Made by a program: the position numbers and the translations under genes. Under the pieces are notes generated by a model. That model worked only from the letters and a program-made list of their open reading frames with translations, was not told the DNA's origin and did no database searches. Shown here piece after piece: positions 9,606 to 18,199 of a stretch of 64,000 nucleotides of DNA (position 1 is its first letter; every line of letters starts with the position of its first letter). This stretch comes from Gammaproteobacteria bacterium (GTDB lineage: Bacteria > Pseudomonadota > Gammaproteobacteria > JASBUN01): positions 1,797-65,796 of the forward strand of contig JARRNJ010000017.1 of assembly GCA_037385045.1 (NCBI GenBank). The letters run 5' to 3'.

Positions 9606-10387
9606 GCCGCACCTCCCGCGCGCCGCCGGCCGGCCGCGCGAAGCACGCCCAGGCCGGTGAAGAAGCCTGCCGCCAGCACGGCCGCCGCCGCGGCGTTCGA
9701 CTGCCAATGCCGGGGGTTGACGTAGTAGGGGGCGCTCAGCGTGGTGCGGTACACCTGGCGGCCGTCGCGGTACGTGGCAGCGAGCACCAGCTCGGCCGGC
9801 GGGTTTTTGCGGCGCCCGGGCGCCACCGAGGGGAAATCATCCGGCAGCTGGAACCGGACCCGGCCCCGGGCGTCGGTGCGCTGCTCGAGCCGGCTTCCGT
9901 GGCTGCTGGTCAGACGCACGGCGACGCCCGCCTGCGGGCGGCCTCGGTAGCGGAGCACGAAACGCGCACGCTGGCCGGTCTCGTAGTGCCAGTGCTCGCG
10001 CGGCAGCGGATCCGGCGCCAGCTCCAGCGCCGTTTTCACAGCGGCGGTCAATTCCGAGGGTGAATGCCCGGAGGGCTTGCCGAAGGCGAACAGGTAGCGC
10101 ACCGCGCTCTCATGCACGTTGCCAGTGCGGCGCCGGGCTACCAGCGCGTGGTAGTTGTTCGCGCCGCTCGGGCGCGGGGTGACGCGCCCGGCTTTCAGGG
10201 CCAGCGGCCTGCGCTGCAGGCTCGGCAGCCAATACTCGACGCGGCCGCCGCTGCCGTCGCGCAGTTGCAGCGGCTGTGTGCCTCGATGGCTGGTGCCTTG
10301 TGGCGTCGCGGGGGCCCAGACCAGCAGGGCCTGTGCCGGCGTGACCGCGGTGCACAGGAGCGCCGCCCAGATCGTCCTTCCCACCAT
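9602..10387 (-). CDS. periplasmic beta-sandwich protein, DUF4198-like, with C-terminal TM anchor
   Basis: Start at MVGRTIWAALLCTAVTPAQA (signal peptide), preceded by a GGGAGGGGAG RBS. The segment RFVLRYRGRPQAGVAVRL...RTDARGRVRFQLPD looks like a transthyretin-type fold. Family call is from memory. Confidence 0.6.
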   Translation of the reverse strand: MVGRTIWAALLCTAVTPAQALLVWAPATPQGTSHRGTQPLQLRDGSGGRVEYWLPSLQRRPLALKAGRVTPRPSGANNYHALVARRRTGNVHESAVRYLFAFGKPSGHSPSELTAAVKTALELAPDPLPREHWHYETGQRARFVLRYRGRPQAGVAVRLTSSHGSRLEQRTDARGRVRFQLPDDFPSVAPGRRKNPPAELVLAATYRDGRQVYRTTLSAPYYVNPRHWQSNAAAAAVLAAGFFTGLGVLRAAGRRRAGGAA

Positions 10388-10400
10388 CTCCCCTCCCGAT

Positions 10401-12566
10401 TCAAAAACGCGCGCTGACGCCCGCGGTGTAGGTGCGCCCCTGGTTGACGACGATGGACATATCTTCCGCGTTGTAGCGGCTGTCGCCGTTGGAGTCGTAA
10501 AACGCGCGCGCGGTGTTGTAGTAGAACTCGTCGAACAGGTTATCGACGCGGCCGAACACGGCCCAGTTGGCGCCGTGGGTTTTGCGCGCGTAGCTGGCCA
10601 GAAGATTGACAACCGTGTGGCCGCCCACCTTCAGGCGGTTGAGTTCATCGGCGTAGTAGTCGGTGCTGTAATCGGCCTCCGTGGTTACCATCCAACCGTC
10701 CGCAGGTTTTACGTAGACCTTGATGTTGAGGTGATGCCGCGGCACCCGCGGCACCCGGTTGCCGGTGTTGTCGTAGGTGGTTGTCAGATATTCGGGCGGA
10801 CAACTCGGGCCATGGCAGGCCGGATTGTAGGCAGGATTGGCTGTCATCAGCTGATAATTGGGGTACTGCGTGTAGCGGGCGTCGATGTAGGTGTAGGCCA
10901 GGTCCCACACGACCCGACGCGCCGGGTCGCTGCGCAGCGACAGTTCCAGGCCGCGGTTGCGGACTCCCCCGATGTTCTCGAATTGTCCCTGCCCCACGTA
11001 GAGTCCGTTGCTGGCGTCGATGTAGTCGCGGCGGTTGATCTGGAACAGAGACAGATCGGCGTCGTGGGCTACGCCGAACAGCCGCAGTTTCAGCCGAAGT
11101 CCCAGTTCCATGTTAAGGGCGCGTTCGGCCTTGAGGTCGGGGTTGCCGGCGGTGTCGCCCAGTGGGCTGTAGCGCCCGGTGAACAGTTCCTGGACGCTGG
11201 GCGCGCGGAATCCGGTGGAGGCGTTGCCGTACAGGTCGGCGTTGGCGGTCAGCGCATAGTTGAAACCCAGGCGGTAGGAGGGGACGCGGAAGGTGCGCGA
11301 GTTGCTGTCCGATGGGGTGGCGTAGTCGCTGTAGTCCAGTGCGATGTGGTCGAAACGGGCATTGGCGGTGAAAGTGAGCGGCGTGACTGGCCGGTATTTG
11401 ACCTCGCCGTAGACGGCCCGTACGTCTTCGTCAGTGCGGTTATCGCTGACCACATCCCCGGCGTTGACATGCTTCCAGGCGATGGGCACCAGCGCGGTGC
11501 TGCCGTTGTTGTAGCGGTTGGCGCGCAGATCCAGGCCTCCGAGCCAGGCCAGCGACTTGCCGCCGCGGCGCCATTCCATTTTCATGCCGCGCTGCACCTG
11601 GTCGTAGTCGTTGTGGTATTGATAGATATTCGGGTCCGCGTCGGTCGGCGCCGAAATGAAAGTGGTGTGGTCGGTGAACTGGTAAACGTTGGCAAGCAGG
11701 TTGCTTTGCCCGATGTCGCGCGAATACGACAGGAAGTATTTGCCCAGTTTGACGTCGAACTTGCGGGCGTAATCGTTGTACGCGGGGTTGGTACTCGTTG
11801 GGTCGTCTCTCGCGGCGGTGACGCCGTCGACGGTGCCGTGACTGTCCTTTTTTCGCCTGGCCGCCTCGAAGCCGAAGGTCAGGTCGCTATGGTCATCGAT
11901 GTAGTACTGCAGTTTGCCGTTGAGATAGTCAGCGCGGTAGCCGGAGTCCTGGTAGTAGCCGTCGGCCTCGCGGCGTGAAATCTGAACGTGGGCGTTGTAA
12001 TTGTCGGTCGCCCGGCCCAGCTGCGCGACTCCCTTCTTGTATCCGAAGCTGCCGAGTTCCGCATCCGCCTTTACGCCCTTGTGGCGTGCGCCCTTCTTCG
12101 TTGTGATGATCACGGCGCCGGCCAGGGCGTCGTTGCCGAACAGAAACGACGCCCCACCCTTGATCACTTTCACCGACTCGATGTTGTCGAGATCGATATT
12201 GACGCGGCCGGTGCGTTCGAATACGGGCACGCCGTCGATCACCACGGCGACGCCGGGATTTTCGCCCATGAACGTTTGGTTTTCCACGCCACGGATGTGG
12301 ATCTTTATGGAATCTCCACTCTGCACCTCCGTGGTGATGCCGGGGATGCTCTGCAGCAGCAGCTGCAGATTCTCGGCGTGACTCGCGTCCACCTGGCGAC
12401 CGCGGATCACGGCGATGCTCGAAGGTTCGCTGCGCTTGTTGTCAAAGCGATCAGCGATGGTGCTCGACTCGACGTGGATCACGCCGAGATCCTCGGCAGG
12501 GGCGGGCGGAAGGTACAGGCAGACAAGGCAGGCGGCGAACAGCAGCCTGGGGCCGGATTGGGACAT
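10401..12566 (-). CDS. TonB-dependent outer-membrane receptor
   Basis: About 720 aa with a signal peptide. Plug motifs IAVIRG and IKIHIRG. Beta-barrel ends in the C-terminal YTAGVSARF (terminal Phe). ATG at 12566; the ORF track uses TTG at 12569. Confidence 0.93.
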   Translation of the reverse strand: MSQSGPRLLFAACLVCLYLPPAPAEDLGVIHVESSTIADRFDNKRSEPSSIAVIRGRQVDASHAENLQLLLQSIPGITTEVQSGDSIKIHIRGVENQTFMGENPGVAVVIDGVPVFERTGRVNIDLDNIESVKVIKGGASFLFGNDALAGAVIITTKKGARHKGVKADAELGSFGYKKGVAQLGRATDNYNAHVQISRREADGYYQDSGYRADYLNGKLQYYIDDHSDLTFGFEAARRKKDSHGTVDGVTAARDDPTSTNPAYNDYARKFDVKLGKYFLSYSRDIGQSNLLANVYQFTDHTTFISAPTDADPNIYQYHNDYDQVQRGMKMEWRRGGKSLAWLGGLDLRANRYNNGSTALVPIAWKHVNAGDVVSDNRTDEDVRAVYGEVKYRPVTPLTFTANARFDHIALDYSDYATPSDSNSRTFRVPSYRLGFNYALTANADLYGNASTGFRAPSVQELFTGRYSPLGDTAGNPDLKAERALNMELGLRLKLRLFGVAHDADLSLFQINRRDYIDASNGLYVGQGQFENIGGVRNRGLELSLRSDPARRVVWDLAYTYIDARYTQYPNYQLMTANPAYNPACHGPSCPPEYLTTTYDNTGNRVPRVPRHHLNIKVYVKPADGWMVTTEADYSTDYYADELNRLKVGGHTVVNLLASYARKTHGANWAVFGRVDNLFDEFYYNTARAFYDSNGDSRYNAEDMSIVVNQGRTYTAGVSARF

Positions 12567-12905
12567 CAAAGACTACCCCCAATTTCTGCGTTATTGTCAT
12601 CGAGCCGAAGCTGTAAACGTCATCGGGCAATAAACCGTGCAGAGAGTGTGCCAATAGGTAAACGTATGAATGAAGGAGGAAGTTCTTCCGGATGGGCGGG
12701 GTGGATTGCGGCATTTGGCGCAGTTCGGCACGGCAAACGCCGCACCGCCGCCTGTCCTGGCAGGGACAGCGCGCCCGCAATTGTGGTACCCTCCCCATGC
12801 CCTGGGTCTGGCTGGCGAGGCATGGCCGCCGGACTTCGAAATGGACGTCACAGTGCCCTATGCCGGGGTGTTGCAGATGCCCATGCTCGACCTGCCGGGA
12901 TTGTA

Positions 12906-15377
12906 ATGAAAACGCGCAAGAAAGCCCTGCATATAGCCGGGTTGTACCTTCTGTTCGGTATCCTCTGGATTGCAGTTTCCGAAGCACTCGCCCATTACCT
13001 GGCGCCTACGTCCGCCGTTGGCGACTCCTGGAGCTGGCTCAACGGTTCGGTATTCGTCGCCGTTACCGCGGTGCTCCTCTACAAGGTGACCGAGCCGGTG
13101 CTGGCCCGTGCGCTGCGCAGCGCCAAGCGCGACGATGCGAAGACCGAGTTGGACTCGCTGTTCGACGCGCTGCCCAACGGTGTGCACGAATTGTCCCCGG
13201 ACGGCCGCATTGTCTACGTCAATGAGGCGTATGCCCGGATGGCCGGTGTCCCGTGCCGGCGATTGTTGGGCATGCCGGTGTGGGAGCTGGTTAACGACCC
13301 GGTGAGGCGCGACTGGCTGCGCGACGAGCACTTCCCGCAGCTGCGCGAAGAACAGCCGCAGCCCACTCCATTCTACGAACGGGTGCGGCGCCCCGACGGC
13401 AGTACCATCGAGGTGCGGCTTGACTGGGCCTACAAACGTGATGGTGACGGGCGCCTGACCGGTTTCATTGCAGTGGTGTCCGATATCACCGAATCCAAGC
13501 AGGCGGAGCAGGCACTGGTGGACAGCGAACGTCGCTTCCGTCAGCTGTTCGAGCACAACAAGGCGGTGGAGCTGCTTATCGACGCGGAAGACGGCCATAT
13601 CGTCGACGCCAACCGCGCCGCAGAACGCTATTACGGCTACAGCGGCGACCAGCTGCGCGAGATGACCATCTACCAAATCAACACCCTGTCGCGGGATGAG
13701 GTCAATGCGGAGATGCGGCGCGCAGCCGAGGAGCATCGCGACCATTTCTACTTTCGTCACCGCCTGGCAAACGGTGAGGTCCGGGACGTCGAGGTGCATT
13801 CCGGCCCGGTCACCATCGGCAAACAAACCATTCTCTATTCCATCGTTCACGACATTACGGAGCGGCGCCGCACCGAGGCGCGGTTGGTGGAGAGCGAGCA
13901 GCGTTTCCGTCATCTCTACGAAGGGGTGCCGATCGGTTACCAATCCCTCGGCGACGGTGCGCTACTGGCGGAAGTCAACCAGGCGTGGCTGGATCTGTTC
14001 AGTGTCACCCGGGAGCAGGCCATCGGGCGGCCGTTCGACGAATTCCTGGCACCGACGTCACGCGCGCGTTTCCGCGAGGCCTTCGACACCCAGCAGCGCA
14101 CGGGTTCCGTAAAACACGTGTTGCTCACGACGCGGCCGATCGGCGGTCGGCAATTGATCGTTTCCTATGCCGGGCGTTCGGAACGACGCGGTGGCGCAAA
14201 ACGGGGTCAGAACCACGGCATCCTCACCGACATCACCGCCCAGCAACACGCCTATGCATTGGTGCAGCGCAGCAATCGCGCGCTGCATACGCTGAGCCAC
14301 TGCAACGAAGCGATGATTCACGCCGTCAGCGAGGCTGACCTGCTCGAGGGTATCACCCGTTCCCTGGTGGCCACGGGCGGATACGCGGCCGCCTGGGTGG
14401 CTTTCGGCGACCAGCATGAGCTGCGTGTTGCCGAGGCCTATGCGCCTGATCCCGCGATCGCGAGTCGGATGAAGAACGAGTCGTCCGAGGCCCTGCTGGG
14501 TTGCGAGGAGGTGGCCAAGGCCGTGACCGCCGGGCGGCCGGTGCTGGCCCACTCCTGCAACGGTGCGCAGGTGTGCACCTGTTGGCGCGAGGTGATTGAG
14601 GACGTCGACGCATTCGCCATGGCGTTTCTGCCCTTGCGCGTCGCCGAAAACACCATCGGCGTGGTGGCTGTGTACGCCGCCGAACCGGAGGCATTCGATG
14701 CCGAGGAAACGGCTCTGCTGGGCGAGCTGGCCAATGATCTCGGCTACGGCATCAACATGCTGCGCACCCGTGATGAGCGCGACCAGATACGCGGTGCGCT
14801 CTCGAACGCACTGCTACAGACCGTCAAGGCGTTGTCGACCACGGTCGAAAAGCGCGACCCGTATACCGCCGGCCACCAGGAACGAGTATCGCGCCTGGCC
14901 GCCGCCATCGCCACGGCGATGGGCATGTCGCCCGAGCGGGTCGAGGGGGTTCGCTTGGGAGGCCTGATCCACGACATCGGCAAGATCTACATTCCCGCCG
15001 AGATCCTCAACCGGCCGGGTGCGCTCACCGAAACCGAGTTCGCCATTGTCCGCAGTCATTCCGAGGTGGGTTACGAGATCATGAAGGATGTGGATTTCCC
15101 GTGGCCGGTGGCGGAGATGATCCTGCAGCACCATGAGCGCATGGATGGCAGCGGCTATCCGCGCGGACTCAAGGGCGACGAAATCATGCTTGAGGCACGC
15201 ATTCTGGCGGTGGCTGATGCGGTCGAGTCGATCAGCGCCCACCGGCCCTACCGCGCCGCCCTCGGTTTCAAAGCGGCGGTCGACGAAATGGCCCGCGGCA
15301 AGGAGACATTGTACGATCCGGAGGTGGTCGATGTATGCATGCGCGTGATTCACGACCAGCATTTCCGCTGGAACTGA
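12906..15377 (+). CDS. membrane-anchored multi-PAS / GAF / HD-GYP c-di-GMP phosphodiesterase
   Basis: In-frame ATG inside ORF 11988..15377 (MKTRKKALHIAGLYLLFG). Several PAS/PAC repeats (DITESKQAE, DITERRRTE) and a GAF domain. HD-GYP motifs HDIGKI and HHERMDGSGYP. Confidence 0.93.
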   Translation: MKTRKKALHIAGLYLLFGILWIAVSEALAHYLAPTSAVGDSWSWLNGSVFVAVTAVLLYKVTEPVLARALRSAKRDDAKTELDSLFDALPNGVHELSPDGRIVYVNEAYARMAGVPCRRLLGMPVWELVNDPVRRDWLRDEHFPQLREEQPQPTPFYERVRRPDGSTIEVRLDWAYKRDGDGRLTGFIAVVSDITESKQAEQALVDSERRFRQLFEHNKAVELLIDAEDGHIVDANRAAERYYGYSGDQLREMTIYQINTLSRDEVNAEMRRAAEEHRDHFYFRHRLANGEVRDVEVHSGPVTIGKQTILYSIVHDITERRRTEARLVESEQRFRHLYEGVPIGYQSLGDGALLAEVNQAWLDLFSVTREQAIGRPFDEFLAPTSRARFREAFDTQQRTGSVKHVLLTTRPIGGRQLIVSYAGRSERRGGAKRGQNHGILTDITAQQHAYALVQRSNRALHTLSHCNEAMIHAVSEADLLEGITRSLVATGGYAAAWVAFGDQHELRVAEAYAPDPAIASRMKNESSEALLGCEEVAKAVTAGRPVLAHSCNGAQVCTCWREVIEDVDAFAMAFLPLRVAENTIGVVAVYAAEPEAFDAEETALLGELANDLGYGINMLRTRDERDQIRGALSNALLQTVKALSTTVEKRDPYTAGHQERVSRLAAAIATAMGMSPERVEGVRLGGLIHDIGKIYIPAEILNRPGALTETEFAIVRSHSEVGYEIMKDVDFPWPVAEMILQHHERMDGSGYPRGLKGDEIMLEARILAVADAVESISAHRPYRAALGFKAAVDEMARGKETLYDPEVVDVCMRVIHDQHFRWN

Positions 15378-15578
15378 CGGCCGCGGGGCCGCAACGGCTT
15401 TCGCGCCGACTGGCGGCTCAACCCGCGCAACGGCCCGGCCCCGCCGCACGCGCGGGCGCCGCTATGGAACCGGTCGGCAACGCCGCGCACCTCATGGGCG
15501 GAAAGCGGCCGGCAGTGCGTGGTGTGGGCGGCCGAGCTGCATTACACTACCGGAATTTGACGGTACCGGGCCGGCCTC

Positions 15579-16574
15579 ATGCCAATTCCTGTGGTGATCT
15601 GCGATGATTCGAGCTTTGCGCGGCAACAGATTGCGCGCTCCCTGCCGCGTGGCTGGGACGTCAGCGTAACCTTCGCTGCCTCGGGGCCGGAAGCGCTGGA
15701 CGCCATCCGCGCCGGCAAGGGCGATATCCTGTTTCTCGATCTCACGATGCCGGATATGGACGGCTTCGACGTGCTGGAGGTGATCCGGCGCGACGACCTG
15801 CCGGCGCTTGCGATTGTGGTTTCGGGCGACATTCAATCCGGGAGCCGCGCGCGCGTGGCCCAGCTAGGCGCCGTGGCGTTCCTGAAAAAACCGGTGGACC
15901 CGCAGGAATTGCGGCAAGTGCTCGACGAGTATGGTGTCCTCGGTGCGTTGACCGCGGCGCCCGTCGCGGCCGACTCACGCTTCGAGTTCGTCGACTGGTG
16001 CCAGGAGATTGCCAACGTGGCCATGGGCCGAGCGGTGAATCTGTTGGGCAAGGTCACCTCCGAGACGGCGGAGTTGTCCGTGCCGAAGGCGCACCTGCTG
16101 TCGCTCGCCGAGCTGCGCATGCTGGCATCCGGGCTCGCTGCCGAGGGTAGCTACTCCTACGTGTCCCAGGGGTTCATCGGTGCCGGTATTTCGGGCGAGA
16201 CGGTGATCGTGTTCTACGACGCGGACGCGGTGGCGCTGGCCCGGCTGCTCAAATATGGGCAAGCCAGTGAGCGGCCGGAGATGGGCGAGTTGCTCATGGA
16301 CATGAACAACCTGCTGGTCGGTGCTTTTCTCAAGAGTCTGTCGACGTTGCTCGACGTGAAATTCAGTCTCGGTCAACCGCGGCTGTGGACGCACGACGGC
16401 CGCTGGCCGGCGATGGTCAACGGCGAGGGGGACGCCGCGCGCAAGGTGCTCACCATTGAAATCGGCTATACGCTCGGGCCTGGACGTATCCGCTGCGATC
16501 AGCTGCTGATGATTACCGAGCAGTCGATCGCGTCGCTGCGGGAACGTGCCGCAATTGCCATGGAGGCGCCGTGA
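15579..16574 (+). CDS. response-regulator receiver fused to a CheC/CheX-like domain
   Basis: REC motifs VVICDDS, DLTMPDMDG and FLKKP. C-terminal half contains CQEIANVAMGRAVNLLG (CheC-like). Confidence 0.85.
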   Translation: MPIPVVICDDSSFARQQIARSLPRGWDVSVTFAASGPEALDAIRAGKGDILFLDLTMPDMDGFDVLEVIRRDDLPALAIVVSGDIQSGSRARVAQLGAVAFLKKPVDPQELRQVLDEYGVLGALTAAPVAADSRFEFVDWCQEIANVAMGRAVNLLGKVTSETAELSVPKAHLLSLAELRMLASGLAAEGSYSYVSQGFIGAGISGETVIVFYDADAVALARLLKYGQASERPEMGELLMDMNNLLVGAFLKSLSTLLDVKFSLGQPRLWTHDGRWPAMVNGEGDAARKVLTIEIGYTLGPGRIRCDQLLMITEQSIASLRERAAIAMEAP

Positions 16575-17539
16575 ACGAGCCCGGCTCTGAAGTCGCACAA
16601 CTGCACTGGCTGCTCGGCATCCTGCAGAACGTCGACGTAGGGCTTGTCGTCCTCGACCGCAATTGCCGGATCAAGCTGTGGAATGGATTTATGGAGAACC
16701 ACAGCGGCGTGTCTGCCGGCCACGCTATGGAACGGGATGTGTTCGAGTTGGTGCCGGAGCTCCCACGCGACTGGCTGCAGCGCAAAATGGCGTCGGTGTC
16801 GCTGCTCGAGACCAGCGCCTACTCCACCTGGCAGCAGCGCCCCTATCTGCTCAAGTTCCATAGTTATCGGCCGGTGACAGGTCGTTCACAATGGATGTAC
16901 CAGAACGTCACGCTATTTCCGCTGACGTCGCCACAGGGCCAGGTCGAACACGTGTGCATGATGCTGTACGACGTGACCGACATGGCCCTCGACGAGCAGG
17001 AACTGCTGCGTACCAACCAGGAGCTGGAGCGCCTCAGCCGCACCGATGGTCTCACGGGGCTCTATAACCGCCGCACCTGGGAAGACATGCTGCGAAGCGA
17101 ATTTCGCCGCCACCAACGCAGCCACCAGCCGGGCGCGTTGGTGATGTTTGATATCGATCACTTCAAACATATTAACGACACCTATGGGCATCCCGCCGGC
17201 GACGCCGTGTTGCAGCGGGTGGCGGAAGTGGTGCGCGATACAAAACGTGAAACGGACATCGCCGGGCGTTACGGCGGTGAAGAGTTTGCCATTATCCTGC
17301 TGGATACCGACGACCAAGGTGCAATGCGCTTCGCTGAACGTCTGCGCAAGGCCATAGCGGCGGCCACCGTCAGAACTGATGGCAAGGAAATCAGCTTCAC
17401 CATCAGCCTTGGCGTCGCCGGCATCGTCCATGTCGAAGGAGCGACGTACAGCCATTGGCTGAAAGCGGTCGACCAGGCCTTGTATCGTTCAAAAGAGGGC
17501 GGCCGTAACCGTACCACGGTGTACAGCGGGCCCACCTGA
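16571..17539 (+). CDS. PAS-GGDEF diguanylate cyclase
   Basis: GTG start overlaps the upstream stop (GTGA). Motifs GLYNRR and RYGGEEF, with the RxxD I-site region present. Confidence 0.93.
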   Translation: MNEPGSEVAQLHWLLGILQNVDVGLVVLDRNCRIKLWNGFMENHSGVSAGHAMERDVFELVPELPRDWLQRKMASVSLLETSAYSTWQQRPYLLKFHSYRPVTGRSQWMYQNVTLFPLTSPQGQVEHVCMMLYDVTDMALDEQELLRTNQELERLSRTDGLTGLYNRRTWEDMLRSEFRRHQRSHQPGALVMFDIDHFKHINDTYGHPAGDAVLQRVAEVVRDTKRETDIAGRYGGEEFAIILLDTDDQGAMRFAERLRKAIAAATVRTDGKEISFTISLGVAGIVHVEGATYSHWLKAVDQALYRSKEGGRNRTTVYSGPT

Positions 17540-17954
17540 GGCGCGACGGCCGCTTATCACTATTCGCCTCTGACGGCTGTGCCGAAACGGCAGCCCGCGC
17601 GCGGACCTTGGGACTTCGCCTGGCACTCGTGGCTCCGGGTCCGGACGTCAGATCCGGTCGTCATCATTGCAAAGCATCGCCGTGTCTCAGTGTCGGTTGA
17701 CGCTCTGGTCGTGGCGCGACAACTTTCCGCACGCCGCCGCAGCGGATTTTCTTCCGTGTTGACGCTACGAAATCCACTTCTGCCACAGGACCGGGCAGGT
17801 GCCCGGTCGCGTCATGTGCTTGGTGTTGCACGGCATCCGTACGCACGTCCTTTGATCGGGGCCTGGTAGGCCGTAGCGATAGCGGTTGACCGCGATGCAC
17901 CCGGGGTTTGGCGTGGTGCGGGTTATCGCCGCGGAATCAGCATAACGGTTTCGT

Positions 17955-18064
17955 TATATGGTGATGAATTCCTTCGCGCCAATCCGGCACGCGTGTCGCG
18001 TGGACCTGGGCCCCTCCGCGCGGTCAGCTTCCATAGGTTGTGCCAATAGGTGGTATATGGTGAT
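17955..18064. promoter_or_regulatory. AT-rich island with two copies of TATATGGTGAT, 99 bp apart, upstream of glcF
   Basis: 11-mers at 17955-17965 and 18054-18064, read directly. The local GC drop is obvious by eye. Confidence 0.25.
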
Positions 18065-18199
18065 AGCTATTTGTAATACCAATTGTCCTCGACTAATGTA
18101 ACAGTCGCGTTCGGTGGGGGTCGCGCCAATCGGAGTCGCCGGGCAGTGACGGTTTCGGCTGGTGATCGATGTGCGGGTGCTCTCGGTCGGAGTACTGAA

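Noticed and set aside
10155-11978. 607-aa plus-strand ORF opposite the TonB-dependent receptor, and the 5' 306 codons of ORF 11988..15377
   Set aside because: Val/Gly/Ala-rich antisense shadow. The receptor on the minus strand has plug, barrel and terminal-Phe signatures. The HD-GYP protein's real start is the ATG at 12906.
12647-12659. 13-mer TGTGCCAATAGGT shared with 18039-18051 (upstream of the receptor and of glcF)
   Set aside because: A single shared 13-mer in 64 kb on two strands is within chance expectation, and there is no further flanking similarity.
12570-12905. Possible cobalamin riboswitch, NikR box or Fur box upstream of the TonB-dependent receptor
   Set aside because: A GCCAGGACAGGCGGC string matches a B12 box at only about 10 of 15-16 positions. 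It also lies 5' of the AATCC..CCCCGC-like element, which is the wrong order. Only one GTATGA half-site is present, with no TCATAC partner at N16. The best Fur-box alignment is about 8/19. None is supportable by eye, so a cmscan or PWM scan is needed.
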